DNA of 61,857 nt. Origin: a virus. Taxonomy: Duplodnaviria; Caudoviricetes. The stretch lies in the IMG/VR virus record IMGVR_UViG_3300020381_000004, positions 1-61,857 of that record; one strand, given 5' to 3'. A program made the position numbers and the translations under genes. The notes beneath the pieces were generated by a model. That model was not told the DNA's origin and ran no database searches. It saw only the letters and a program-made list of their open reading frames with translations. Numbering within the stretch: position 1 is the stretch's first letter; every line of letters starts with the position of its first letter. Positions 9,371 to 19,644 of the stretch are shown piece by piece.

Positions 9371-9548
9371 CCTTCTCTAGCAGGGTACTTAACTGTTCCA
9401 ATGCGTAGGTTAGACCCTGTATTTCACCTACCATTGCCTTATACGCTTCCATATCAGAGGCATTTCCACTTGTTAAAGAGATACTAATATCTTCAATACG
9501 AGTATTCAAGGCTTTTTTGTAATTATATAAAAAATCTGTAACTTTCAT
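9345..9548 (-). CDS. Conserved hypothetical protein
   Basis: 67 aa; YKAMVGEIQGL motif; upstream of groES. Confidence 0.65.
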   Translation of the reverse strand: MKVTDFLYNYKKALNTRIEDISISLTSGNASDMEAYKAMVGEIQGLTYALEQLSTLLEKVDNDANST

Positions 9549-10684
9549 TAGTCTACAGGTATAAAAGTACCACTGTTATCAAAAGGTTTAAAAGGATCTT
9601 GTGCAACATATCTTGGTTGACTACGACTAGAGTTCTGTATAGATTTTAAAACTTCTGCTCTAAACTGTTCATCCCGTTCTCGTTCCTTTCTCTCGTTTTC
9701 TAATTCTCTCATTCTTTGATCAATAGATGGTTGACTATCTATATAGGCTTTTAGTTCTGGATTTAATTTTTGTGCCACAAAATTTCTTACGCCAATACTA
9801 TCAGCTAGAGTTCCAGGTTGTATTAATTGTAGAGCATCTGCTACTTCCATATTTGCTTCATTAGCCATATTTGGAGCAACATTAGCTATACCAGTATTTA
9901 AATTAGCACCATCATCAGTAATTCTTGTATCGAGTGTTCGAGTAGGATTAGCAAAATCATCTACTGAAATTCTAGAGTTTGGTATGAAGGCATCAGTCAT
10001 AACCATATCGCCCAGTTCTGTTCCTCTTGCAATTGGTCTGTCTGTTACTGTGTCTTTTTGCTCTGAATCAGTAAAACGGCTCCGTAAAGACTCTATACCT
10101 CCACTAATTAAATCTGTTAAAGGTTGGAAAAAATTAGATACGTTTGCACTTCTTTGATTTTCATCTGCCATAGCTCTTCTGTAAGCTTCTGAAGATTCTG
10201 GTAACCCTCTGTTCCTTCCAAGCAGATTAGCAACTGTGCTTATACCAGGTATCATGTCCATGATACCTCCTCGTTCAGTATTCCTTACAACTCCTTCCAT
10301 AGTTGGTTGACCTAAATAAAAGTCTCCCATTTGATAAGGCATTCCAGTTTTTTGAGAATCCATACCCATAGCTTGTCGATAACGTAAATTGTTGACATCT
10401 TGAACACCCTTACCACCAAGTATACCAGTATAATCTACATTCTCTGCACCAAATATTCTTGAAAAAATAGAGTCTGGAAAAGGATTAGTAGCAGTAGCTC
10501 CTCTATATTCCATATAACTTTGAGGACTTACAAAACCAGTAATGTTCGTTCCTGGTATGGTAGTTCTTTGAGTATAGTCTTCCTCACCCTCAGTGTAATC
10601 TCCCATGCCTATCGTAGCTGGTTCTGGTGTTGGACTTACATCAAATCCAGCATCATCAAAAGCATCATTAAAATCTTCATCCAC
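9548..10684 (-). CDS. Hypothetical acidic protein
   Basis: 378-aa ORF with coupled stop/start junctions. Confidence 0.65.
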   Translation of the reverse strand: MDEDFNDAFDDAGFDVSPTPEPATIGMGDYTEGEEDYTQRTTIPGTNITGFVSPQSYMEYRGATATNPFPDSIFSRIFGAENVDYTGILGGKGVQDVNNLRYRQAMGMDSQKTGMPYQMGDFYLGQPTMEGVVRNTERGGIMDMIPGISTVANLLGRNRGLPESSEAYRRAMADENQRSANVSNFFQPLTDLISGGIESLRSRFTDSEQKDTVTDRPIARGTELGDMVMTDAFIPNSRISVDDFANPTRTLDTRITDDGANLNTGIANVAPNMANEANMEVADALQLIQPGTLADSIGVRNFVAQKLNPELKAYIDSQPSIDQRMRELENERKERERDEQFRAEVLKSIQNSSRSQPRYVAQDPFKPFDNSGTFIPVD

Positions 10685-11592
10685 TAATAAACACCTTTAA
10701 ATCCAGTTCCTTGGACAGCGATACCACCACCACGAGACTTTTTAATTACGCCTCTGCCAATGAGAATATCTTTTTTAGTTACTTTACCATCACCACTTAA
10801 ATCTGGAAAAGCTGCACCACCCTTATTCATCTTTTTTAAAAATTTTCCTTTAGGGCCTGGACCTCCTTTAATTGTTAAATCTTTAGGATTTGCTCCCACT
10901 CTAGGGCCTTTACTTTTCTTAGGTTTAATTGCCTCTATTTGTTCTTCTCTTGTCATAGTAGGTTTTTGTGTTGGTTTTCCAGGATTCTTGTCTCCTGGGT
11001 AAGGATAAGTTCTTCCAGATGGTTGTGCTGGTTTATATCTTTCTGGATACTTTTTCTTTAACTCTGCGTCTGTTAAAAATTTATCCTTTAACAAATTACG
11101 GTTAATTCCTTTTTTACCACCAGCTTTTAATTCTCTATTAAGTAAAGATTTTGTACTCTTATCTTTTGTTTTTTTAATTTCTTTTTGTAAACTTTCTTTA
11201 CGTTTTAGTGCTTCTGGCTTTTGTCTTGCCTTTTCAAACTCTTTGTTTAGAGCTTGTAATGCTTCAAACTCTGCATCAAAACCACCACCCTTTTGTTTAG
11301 CTAGGATTAATTTTTGTATTCTTCTTTGAGCTTCTGTTGGACTAATCTTTCCTTCACGAGCGGCGTTTGCTATGTTATTAAACTGACCCATTTTCGCTCT
11401 GTCAAGATTTTTGCCTTTGGGGTCTATTTTTGTGATTTTACCCTTTTCAGCTTTTACCATTTTTGCCTTGTTCATAGTGCTCTCCAATACAGAAGATCCT
11501 CCATCTTTGAGTTTTCTTCCTTTGTTAACTAAACGCTTGGCTTTATTATACGATAAACCCATGTCTTTTGCAAACTGTCTAATTCTTGCCAT
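10684..11592 (-). CDS. Basic protein (possible internal/DNA-condensing virion protein)
   Basis: 302 aa, Lys-rich; contains FPDLSGDGKVTKKDIL. Confidence 0.65.
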   Translation of the reverse strand: MARIRQFAKDMGLSYNKAKRLVNKGRKLKDGGSSVLESTMNKAKMVKAEKGKITKIDPKGKNLDRAKMGQFNNIANAAREGKISPTEAQRRIQKLILAKQKGGGFDAEFEALQALNKEFEKARQKPEALKRKESLQKEIKKTKDKSTKSLLNRELKAGGKKGINRNLLKDKFLTDAELKKKYPERYKPAQPSGRTYPYPGDKNPGKPTQKPTMTREEQIEAIKPKKSKGPRVGANPKDLTIKGGPGPKGKFLKKMNKGGAAFPDLSGDGKVTKKDILIGRGVIKKSRGGGIAVQGTGFKGVY

Positions 11593-11911
11593 GTGATCTC
11601 CTTATTGCTTCTTTTCCTTTTTTAAAAATACTTGCCACCTTTGTTTTACCCATTACTTTTGCTCTTTGCTCACCAACTGTAAGAATTTGTATCTTTCTCG
11701 CAAAAGCTTTATTAACTCTTTTAACTTTTGCAACCGTTGCTCTGGCATCCGCCTCTGTAGCAAACTTGATACCAACCGTGTCTTTAGGGTTCTCATCCGT
11801 ATATAAACGTCTACCAGAACCTTTTGGCTTCTTTCCAGTTCCAACTTTTGGGTCCTTATTTTTTTTAGTCATTGTATGTATCCTTAAATGTCTAAATAAA
11901 TCTTGTGTCAT
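11579..11911 (-). CDS. Conserved basic phage protein
   Basis: 110 aa; GRRLYTDENPKDTV. Confidence 0.65.
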   Translation of the reverse strand: MTQDLFRHLRIHTMTKKNKDPKVGTGKKPKGSGRRLYTDENPKDTVGIKFATEADARATVAKVKRVNKAFARKIQILTVGEQRAKVMGKTKVASIFKKGKEAIRRSHGKN

Positions 11912-12297
11912 TTCTTTCTTAACATTTTAGCTGCTTGACCAACACCTTTAATTCCAAACGATGCAGAAATTGCAATGTATAAAAGATATTGATACCAGTC
12001 TGGTAAAGTGGACAATACTTGAAATCCCTCTTTAACATACTCTCTCATACCCGGAATAAACACTAATATCGCAGGTGCAAGTAACACAACTAAGGCAAAC
12101 TCGTCTTTCCAACTCTCAGTGGTAGCGTCTGCCATTTTGCCTTCCCATTTAACTTTACCTGCCGCAACTTTTTCTGCAACAGATGCTCTTGCCTTGGCTT
12201 CAGCAACTTTTGCTTGACCATCTGCTTTTGTTTTTTCTACTTTGTTCTGTAGCCATGTGCCAGCTAAATTAGCTATTGGTGTTAAAAATTGTAACAT
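11908..12297 (-). CDS. Putative holin (3TM-like)
   Basis: SWKDEF followed by transmembrane segments and LPDWYQ...ASFG. Confidence 0.6.
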   Translation of the reverse strand: MLQFLTPIANLAGTWLQNKVEKTKADGQAKVAEAKARASVAEKVAAGKVKWEGKMADATTESWKDEFALVVLLAPAILVFIPGMREYVKEGFQVLSTLPDWYQYLLYIAISASFGIKGVGQAAKMLRKK

Positions 12298-12395
12298 ATA
12301 AACCTACATACATAAATCTTCGTATTTAGTTGTATGAAGTCTGTGCTTTGACAAATCTCCATGATTCCCTTTAAATACGTTTAATAACCATTTTA

Positions 12396-12521
12396 TCATT
12401 TTTTAAACCTCTCATCTATCCAACATTTACCATAATATAAGATAAACAACCAAAAAGTAAATAAAATACCATCGATCCACCCTAAATTATTCCAAGCATC
12501 TAGTATCATTCCACCATCCAT
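12396..12521 (-). CDS. Small membrane peptide, 41 aa (not in track)
   Basis: Read by hand: MDGGMILDAWNNLGWIDGILFTFWLFILYYGKCWIDERFKK*. Confidence 0.45.
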   Translation of the reverse strand: MDGGMILDAWNNLGWIDGILFTFWLFILYYGKCWIDERFKK

Positions 12522-12522
12522 A

Positions 12523-13008
12523 TTAACCTCTCTTTTCTTTGTATAACCATGCAAGAAAAAATATAAAGCCTACAACTGTGCAGAATAAAATAAACCACCC
12601 AATATATTCCCAAATTTTTCTCAGCAATTCTTGTTTAGCATAAATCTCTTCTTTTCGTTTCTTTCTAATCTCCGCTTCCATCCGCAAAATTTCATTCCAA
12701 GAATTAGCTCCGTAGTGAAAATTAATAAAAGATTTAAGTTCTTGTCTTTGTGCTTCTAGTTTTTTCTTTGCAGTAAAAGCCTCTATAGCTGATGCCTCTA
12801 TTTCTCTACCTTTAAATAGTTTTCTAAGTGGTGAAGCATCTTTCGCTGATTTTTCAGTGTTTTCTACGTCTGAAACTGCACCCATCCAGCGAGAGAGGTC
12901 TTTTCCCATAGACTCAATTTCTCGACCTGCGGCAAATCCACGTTTGATTGCCGAAAATGCCGTATTAGCGGCTGTAATGGCTATGCCAATTGAGGCAGGA
13001 TCTAACAT
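12523..13008 (-). CDS. Hypothetical membrane-anchored protein
   Basis: 161 aa; MLDPASIGIA start and C-terminal transmembrane helix. Confidence 0.65.
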   Translation of the reverse strand: MLDPASIGIAITAANTAFSAIKRGFAAGREIESMGKDLSRWMGAVSDVENTEKSAKDASPLRKLFKGREIEASAIEAFTAKKKLEAQRQELKSFINFHYGANSWNEILRMEAEIRKKRKEEIYAKQELLRKIWEYIGWFILFCTVVGFIFFLAWLYKEKRG

Positions 13009-13011
13009 ATA

Positions 13012-15396
13012 TTACTTTCTACTCGCAGCTTGAGTGTTTATACGGTAAATATTAACGTCATTACGGTCATCTGCTATTTGTTCTTGAGTTTTTGTCCTCT
13101 GTTGTGCTATGTCAAACGCCTGTTTTAGCTTTGCTTGATCAATTTGAAAACTCATCATGTCATTTATAGACTTTCTTTGTATTTCAGCCGTATCATTCTC
13201 TAGTTCTTTCTCTCTAATCGCTACAAGTGGGTCTGGTTTCTGTGCAGGCTCTATTACTGGCATAACTTCTTTCAATATTTCGCCAATTTGTTGTGATATT
13301 GCAGCTTCAATAGCTTCTGGAGCTATTTGTGGCATTGGCTCACCTCTTTGTTGAGCTTCTTCCATCATTGTTTGGAAAAATTTGGTTACTTGATCTCTTG
13401 CTAACATACCAATATGCTCTTGAACATGAGCTTGTAGCAATGCGTAGCCTTGAGGATTGGCTTGAGACGCTAAATTAGACAAAAATGTAGCATGTGCCAT
13501 CAAATGTGCCTCATGATCTTGTTGTGGGAACGCTTGTAAAGGCATTCCTTTGATAGAATTAGCATTTTCTGTCGCTGGATCTGCTGGTGCAGGTGGCTGT
13601 GGAGGTGGTAATATGCCATCTATGTTCTTAACATCAAGTGCATCGTACATTCTTCGGTACGCTTCGTACTGATTGTGCATTTGTGGAGCGGCTTGAGCTA
13701 ATTGTAACTGTGTTTGTGCTAAAGATAAGCGTTGTGCCATAGAAAAAATGTTAGGATCACTGACTGGAAGTATATCAACACGACCATCAAAGTCTTGTGC
13801 CATGATTTGTGGTGGTACATTACCTACAAAATAAGGATATGGAACTGGATTTTCTGAAAAAATCTCTGCTAACATTCTAAATTCTTGTTTTTGTCCATAA
13901 TGTAAACGCTTATGTATGCTTGAAATAATCTTTGAACCTTGTTCAATCAACGCAACAGTTGTTCCCACTGGTGCTTGTGAGTTGACATCTGCTATTTTTG
14001 CATCTGCAACTTGAGCAAAACGTCTGCCAGAATCAACAACAACACCTAATAACTGTGCTAGTGTGGCTGATGGCTCCTTGTATGGCAATGGTATGATTGA
14101 ATTTTTGAGATCCCCGCCTGGGACATCGATATCTCTGAACTCACCAGGGTTAAGAGGCTCATCGTCATTACGAATACGAACACCCCTCGCTTTGAAACCC
14201 GCTGGAAGATTTGATAAAGTACCTGCATCTATTAACTGCCTTAAAATTGAGGTGGCTGCTCTAGACAATCCACCGATTGTGTGTAAAAGACCAAAGCCAT
14301 AAAATCCAAAACCCGGTAAAAACTTAAAATGTACAAAGTATTGTCTTTTACGTCTTAGTTGGTCTTGCTCCCTATAGTTCCTAACCACCGACAAAACTTG
14401 ACTAGAGTTTTCGTCAATCGTAACAATGTATGGTAACATGATACCATTAGGATCTTCAAACCCTTCAAGGTCGAGATCCACATGGACTTCCAAAATAGTA
14501 TATACATCGTCAGAATAACCTGGATGGAGTCCTTGCAACTCATCAGTAGTTCCTTGGATACTTCCTTCATCTTCTCCAGAATCCGAAGCAGATAACTCCA
14601 CATCTCTATATACTCCTGCCACTTGTAGTTTACGAATATCATTATACGTCATTTTAACGACATGTGTAACCCTCTCTGCCGTCATTAAATCTGAAGCAGA
14701 ATAAGGAACAACTAGATCTTCGGCTGGAACAAACTTTGATACAGCTCTTTGTTTAGTCGGATCAAAGTAAACTTTCTTAAAAGTAGAACCAGTTAAAGGC
14801 AAATAAAATAACATTTGATCTGTGTCTGGATCGTACTCTTCCATGACCTCCATAATTTGATAGTTCATGTAATCTTTAATTCTTTGTGCTTGATCTTCTG
14901 TTTCTTTTGTTGGTACGCCAAGTATTTGAGTTTTTATTGGGCCGCCAGCTGGTAACATCTCTTTATAAGCTTGTGATTGAAATTGTGTTGTAGCTTCTGA
15001 CAATAGTGGATGTGTTACACCACTCGCACCAAGAAACGGATCACTTCTGTCCTCGTAGTTTATACCAAGTAAATTCAATCCTTTTGCAATAGCTTCTTCC
15101 CAATCACCTCTTGACTCTAAATCTTCTTTAACTTTAGATTGTAAATCAGAAGCAAGAGCACCTAACACACTGTCTTCTAAAACTTCAGCTAAATTAGCGT
15201 CATGATTGTAAGCTTCGGCTACAACCTCGACTTGTTCTCCAGTTTCAACTTCTATGCCTTCTGGCAATGCTTCAGTTTCGTCAACTTCTATTTGTAGACT
15301 ATCTGCCTCTGGTTGTAGTATAGCGGAGCCACCTGCTCCCATGCTTTTTTCAACCATTCCAGCTATGTCTCTTGATCTTTCTTCTCTTGTTGCCAT
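13012..15396 (-). CDS. Portal protein
   Basis: 794 aa; FLGASGVTHPLL, GSTFKKVY, PGFGFYGFGL; coiled-coil C-terminus; downstream of the terminase. Confidence 0.85.
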   Translation of the reverse strand: MATREERSRDIAGMVEKSMGAGGSAILQPEADSLQIEVDETEALPEGIEVETGEQVEVVAEAYNHDANLAEVLEDSVLGALASDLQSKVKEDLESRGDWEEAIAKGLNLLGINYEDRSDPFLGASGVTHPLLSEATTQFQSQAYKEMLPAGGPIKTQILGVPTKETEDQAQRIKDYMNYQIMEVMEEYDPDTDQMLFYLPLTGSTFKKVYFDPTKQRAVSKFVPAEDLVVPYSASDLMTAERVTHVVKMTYNDIRKLQVAGVYRDVELSASDSGEDEGSIQGTTDELQGLHPGYSDDVYTILEVHVDLDLEGFEDPNGIMLPYIVTIDENSSQVLSVVRNYREQDQLRRKRQYFVHFKFLPGFGFYGFGLLHTIGGLSRAATSILRQLIDAGTLSNLPAGFKARGVRIRNDDEPLNPGEFRDIDVPGGDLKNSIIPLPYKEPSATLAQLLGVVVDSGRRFAQVADAKIADVNSQAPVGTTVALIEQGSKIISSIHKRLHYGQKQEFRMLAEIFSENPVPYPYFVGNVPPQIMAQDFDGRVDILPVSDPNIFSMAQRLSLAQTQLQLAQAAPQMHNQYEAYRRMYDALDVKNIDGILPPPQPPAPADPATENANSIKGMPLQAFPQQDHEAHLMAHATFLSNLASQANPQGYALLQAHVQEHIGMLARDQVTKFFQTMMEEAQQRGEPMPQIAPEAIEAAISQQIGEILKEVMPVIEPAQKPDPLVAIREKELENDTAEIQRKSINDMMSFQIDQAKLKQAFDIAQQRTKTQEQIADDRNDVNIYRINTQAASRK

Positions 15397-15398
15397 TT

Positions 15399-18300
15399 TT
15401 AACTTGCCTTTCTGAATCTATTCAGTATACCACCTTTTGCCATTCTTGGTATTTTTAAAGTAGATTTTTTAGCCGCCTCTTTATCGTTTAAATCAATTAT
15501 TCTAAACATATCATCTTCTACTGGATTTTGTCTAGATTGTTGACCAAAGTTAACTTCGGAAGGAGGCACTGGTTGATTTGCTTGAGTGACCATTCCTTTT
15601 TTAAACGCCTTATAGGTGGGTTGAGTGGTATATGAAGAACCATACTTTTTTAAAGAATCTGTAACATTTGAACCTATTGCAAAGTTATAAGGAACTTTGT
15701 TGACTGGATCTCCATACGCTTTTCTTTTAATTGGTTCACTTGTTCTTCCTGCTTTAAGATAAGATTCAACATTTGGAAAAACAACTCTATCGTATCCTAA
15801 CTTTCTTGCTTGATTAATTATTTGATGAACCATCAATTCTGTTGCTTGTTTAGAACTAGAGAAAGCTGGGTTTTCATTAAGTTTTTCTATTCCCTCTTGA
15901 TGTCGAATTACCACATCTAAAGAATCTTTTAAGTCATCTGGTAACTTGCTTTTTAAATCATTTAATATTTGTGTCCTATCGTTATTTGCATCATATTCTT
16001 CTATTCTTCTATTTGCCTCTTGAACTCTATCAACTGCTGCATCTCTCACCTCTTCTAAATGTTTAATACTCTGTTCCATGTTCATTAAGTTCTTTTTTGC
16101 TATCATTGCGTTAAGTGGATACATAGCGTTACTAAGTTCGTTTTTTGCTATATTAGTAGTAAGATAAACAGCCAAAGAATCTATATCAGAACTTCTGTCA
16201 AATGCGTCAAGATATTCGTCTCTATCAAATGTAGCCTTATCCCCCTTAAAAAAACTTTTAGCTATTCTAGGTATGTTTGTTGTAAGTTCATCTTTCTTAG
16301 AATTATACTTAGTTCTTCCTTGAATAGCATAAATTCTAGGTTTTTGGTTTCCTCTGCCAGACATCCATTGTTCCATTACCTCTTTACTTATCTCTTGCAA
16401 AATACTTCCAGGGTCACCTTTTCCTCTCTTAAGAAAAAGCTCACTAGGGACAATGTCGAAGTCTGTTTCAAAATCCTGTTGTATTTTTTCAAATTCTATT
16501 TTTTGACTGTCAGTAAGTTGAGTAAAGTCTGGTTGTCTTTTTCTTAAGTCTTCAAGTCTAGTAGCTATTTCAAGAATATTATCACTATCTAAGTCTTGAG
16601 CTATCTTAGGATGATTTATAAATTTATTGTATGCTTGTGCCTTGAGGTAATTTAATTCCAACTTTCTTTCTTTGTCATTTAAAATATAATTTAAAGTCCT
16701 CTCTGCAAGATCTGGATTTGTAAAAGCATCATCTCCGTAAACTGCTTTTTTTACAGTAACATAATCACTATAAGTTGGCATACCAGTATAATTAGTCCCT
16801 GTATCTGATGTAAACTTTTCAAAATCTACTCTATCAATTTTACCTTCGTTAACACCTTTTGTTAAATCTTCATAGTGATCTATTGTCATATCAGGATCTA
16901 CTATATCATAGTCTCTAACAAATGATTTTTTCCCCATTCCCATTCCAAAATCTTTATCTCTATAGTGATTTTCTAATCTCTGTTGTGTTTTTTCTGGTCT
17001 TTGTCCTCCGATTACGTCAATTAAAGGATCTAGATCTCCCTCAAAACCATATCTTTCTTTTGATAGTTTTCTAAAGTTTCTAGCGAAATCCTCCATGTTA
17101 TTTCCTTTATATTCTAACATTTTAGCATAATCTCTAACATCTAAATGAGGAGCTCCTTGTTGTGCTTTTCTACCCTCTACTAAATTCATAAGACTTGCGA
17201 GAATTTTTGGCATTTCATAATCAACATCCATAACATTGATCAAAGGATTGTTACCTTTCATAAGATCTTCTTTAATTCTACTTTTAGTTCTTCTGTAATC
17301 TGTTAATACTGTTCTTGCTTCATTTAATTCTGAGTCTGTTTTAAACATGGCTTCTTTAAAAGGACCCATAGTTTTTCCTACGTTATCAAGATTAGTTTCT
17401 GCTTGTTGTAAACTATTAAACTCTTTTGTAGCATTATCTGTTAACGCGGCTCTGTTTTTAGAATAATCAAAAAAACCAGTTTTTAATTTAGCGTCCTCTT
17501 TAATTATTTGAAAAACATCTGCTCTTTTCTCATTTGTCATCATGTCGCCATAAACAGGCTTGTTCATTTTTCTTTTTAATAAGTCTAATGTTCTTTGATC
17601 TTTGGCAGATATTGTACCAAGTCTCATCTTCTGCTCTAGTTTTTTTATTGACTCTTTTAATTTTTTATTATCTCTAGCAAGAGATACTTCTTTTACTCCA
17701 GCTTGATTGGATTGTACTTCATTTATAACTAAATCATTAAACGGTTTCATAGGATTGTTTGGATTTGGAGCTTTTACTCCAACTCCTCTTGCATGTGCCA
17801 TGTATCCTGGAAAACCAAAACCATGTCTTTTAAAATTTTCTAACTTTCTTAGATCTGTAGTATTACCTACAGCTTTGAAATATTCCTCTACTCTTGCAAA
17901 ATCTTTATCTATTTTGGTTCTTAAATTTGGATCGGTTTCAATAACTTTACCCATCAACTGAGCGTCAGATTCATCTCCATGAAATATAAAGTGAACGGTA
18001 TCCTCTTCAACCAAAGCTTTCTGATTACCTGATTGACCTCCGCCTAATCCCACTGGTATTCTTTGAGCTGATTCATTAGACATAAGGTTTCTTCGGTCAT
18101 AGAGATCCTTTTCATATTCAACCAATTTTATTTGATCGTTTAAAACAGGCACTCTTGGATCAGCAGGATCTAATTGATTTCTTTCATTGACTAAATTTTG
18201 TAAATCATTTTGAATTTGTTGCTTCTTTTTTAATGTGCCTACTGTAACATTAATACTTGGTTTAAATAGACTTGCTACATCTAATAAATCATCTTTTGAT

Positions 18301-19040
18301 TTAAATACCTCATCTGGATTGTTGTCTAAATAACGAAACATGCCAGACTCTAATGCCTCTGCATTTAGTCTTGATTTGAATATGCTCTTAGGTAAAGTCT
18401 CTATATATTCTTTTATTTCACTTGCCTTCTTTGGTTTTGTGAAATCTATACCCAAACCATCTTTTGCTATTTCGTTAATTAAATTAGAAAAGATCGTGCC
18501 ATCTACATTTAATCTTGCCTCTACATCTACCTTATCTTTGAAAAACTCATCTTCTCCAGTAACACTTTCATTCCCTATTTTCTTTGGACCGCCAGTGTCA
18601 TCTGCTCTTGTCATCGCTAAATTCTCAGCCAAGGTTCGTGGCACATCATCCATTCTTCCTACACCAACAGTTTCTGTGGCTAAATCTCCAATACCGCCAG
18701 AAGGAGGTAACGTATCTTTTAGTCTTGCAGCCAATCGAGCAGAGGCTATCGCTTTAGTCAATAATGCACCAGGGGCCATGACTCTTCCAGCACTTTCCAA
18801 ATTCATGCCGAACTCTGGAAAAGACTCACCCATAAATTTTTTAGCGAGAGCTTCAGAACCCACAGTATCAATTAAACTTTGTATTCCTTGTGGTGTTTCA
18901 CCGTACCTAACGTCATAGTACAAACCCATAAGATCTGCAGGCAAACCTAAAATGTCTGCTGTTTCTCCGACCAGTAACCCTTTACCGATTTTTTTAAGAT
19001 CAGAAAGAGTTTCGTCTAATGTTTGTACTTTTTGAGCCAT
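15399..19040 (-). CDS. Large hypothetical protein (probable internal virion protein)
   Basis: 1213 aa between terL and portal; LVINEVQS and ARKLGYDRVVFP motifs. Confidence 0.7.
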   Translation of the reverse strand: MAQKVQTLDETLSDLKKIGKGLLVGETADILGLPADLMGLYYDVRYGETPQGIQSLIDTVGSEALAKKFMGESFPEFGMNLESAGRVMAPGALLTKAIASARLAARLKDTLPPSGGIGDLATETVGVGRMDDVPRTLAENLAMTRADDTGGPKKIGNESVTGEDEFFKDKVDVEARLNVDGTIFSNLINEIAKDGLGIDFTKPKKASEIKEYIETLPKSIFKSRLNAEALESGMFRYLDNNPDEVFKSKDDLLDVASLFKPSINVTVGTLKKKQQIQNDLQNLVNERNQLDPADPRVPVLNDQIKLVEYEKDLYDRRNLMSNESAQRIPVGLGGGQSGNQKALVEEDTVHFIFHGDESDAQLMGKVIETDPNLRTKIDKDFARVEEYFKAVGNTTDLRKLENFKRHGFGFPGYMAHARGVGVKAPNPNNPMKPFNDLVINEVQSNQAGVKEVSLARDNKKLKESIKKLEQKMRLGTISAKDQRTLDLLKRKMNKPVYGDMMTNEKRADVFQIIKEDAKLKTGFFDYSKNRAALTDNATKEFNSLQQAETNLDNVGKTMGPFKEAMFKTDSELNEARTVLTDYRRTKSRIKEDLMKGNNPLINVMDVDYEMPKILASLMNLVEGRKAQQGAPHLDVRDYAKMLEYKGNNMEDFARNFRKLSKERYGFEGDLDPLIDVIGGQRPEKTQQRLENHYRDKDFGMGMGKKSFVRDYDIVDPDMTIDHYEDLTKGVNEGKIDRVDFEKFTSDTGTNYTGMPTYSDYVTVKKAVYGDDAFTNPDLAERTLNYILNDKERKLELNYLKAQAYNKFINHPKIAQDLDSDNILEIATRLEDLRKRQPDFTQLTDSQKIEFEKIQQDFETDFDIVPSELFLKRGKGDPGSILQEISKEVMEQWMSGRGNQKPRIYAIQGRTKYNSKKDELTTNIPRIAKSFFKGDKATFDRDEYLDAFDRSSDIDSLAVYLTTNIAKNELSNAMYPLNAMIAKKNLMNMEQSIKHLEEVRDAAVDRVQEANRRIEEYDANNDRTQILNDLKSKLPDDLKDSLDVVIRHQEGIEKLNENPAFSSSKQATELMVHQIINQARKLGYDRVVFPNVESYLKAGRTSEPIKRKAYGDPVNKVPYNFAIGSNVTDSLKKYGSSYTTQPTYKAFKKGMVTQANQPVPPSEVNFGQQSRQNPVEDDMFRIIDLNDKEAAKKSTLKIPRMAKGGILNRFRKAS

Positions 19041-19435
19041 TAAGTAATTCTCGTTGTTCTTTTCTTTTCTGGTAGCATAATGTCTGAGTAACGGTTTGTC
19101 ACAGTATACCCACCAGTTTTCCTTTTAAGTTTCTTTTTGTCCACCAAAAATTGTTGCTGTATTTTTATAATAGCTTCATCCATGTCTCTATCAGTAGGCA
19201 TTACAATTTTTCTAGGTGGTTTTGTTTTATTTTTAGCTCCTTTTGGTCTACCCTTTTTCTTTGGTGGAGGAGGCGGTCCTTGAGTAGGTCTAGGTTGAAC
19301 TTCTTTCTTATCTAATTTTCTTTGCTCTTTGGGTCTTGCCATGAATTCCTTCATGACTTTGTCAAAGCCAAATGGATCAAATTTTACTTTTTGCTTAGTT
19401 ACTTTAGCCTTCTTCCCTTTTGGTCTACCAGCCAT
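19040..19435 (-). CDS. Basic protein with two GRPKG (AT-hook-like) motifs
   Basis: AGRPKGKK and KGRPKGAK. Confidence 0.6.
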   Translation of the reverse strand: MAGRPKGKKAKVTKQKVKFDPFGFDKVMKEFMARPKEQRKLDKKEVQPRPTQGPPPPPKKKGRPKGAKNKTKPPRKIVMPTDRDMDEAIIKIQQQFLVDKKKLKRKTGGYTVTNRYSDIMLPEKKRTTRIT

Positions 19436-19644
19436 TAATAAGTTCCTTTAAAAGTACCACCACGATTTTTCATGACACCGCCCATATTCATCTTCTTTGG
19501 CTTTTTGACTTTAGGCTTCATCTTTTTTCTTTTTTCAAATTTTGGTCTATCTTTTTCTGTAAGACCCATCATTTTACCGAGTTGTGAATTTAACATACTG
19601 TCAAAATCCATTATGTCGGATCCTCTTTTTAGTTTTTTTGGCAT
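19435..19644 (-). CDS. Small basic protein
   Basis: 69 aa, coupled to the terL stop. Confidence 0.6.
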   Translation of the reverse strand: MPKKLKRGSDIMDFDSMLNSQLGKMMGLTEKDRPKFEKRKKMKPKVKKPKKMNMGGVMKNRGGTFKGTY

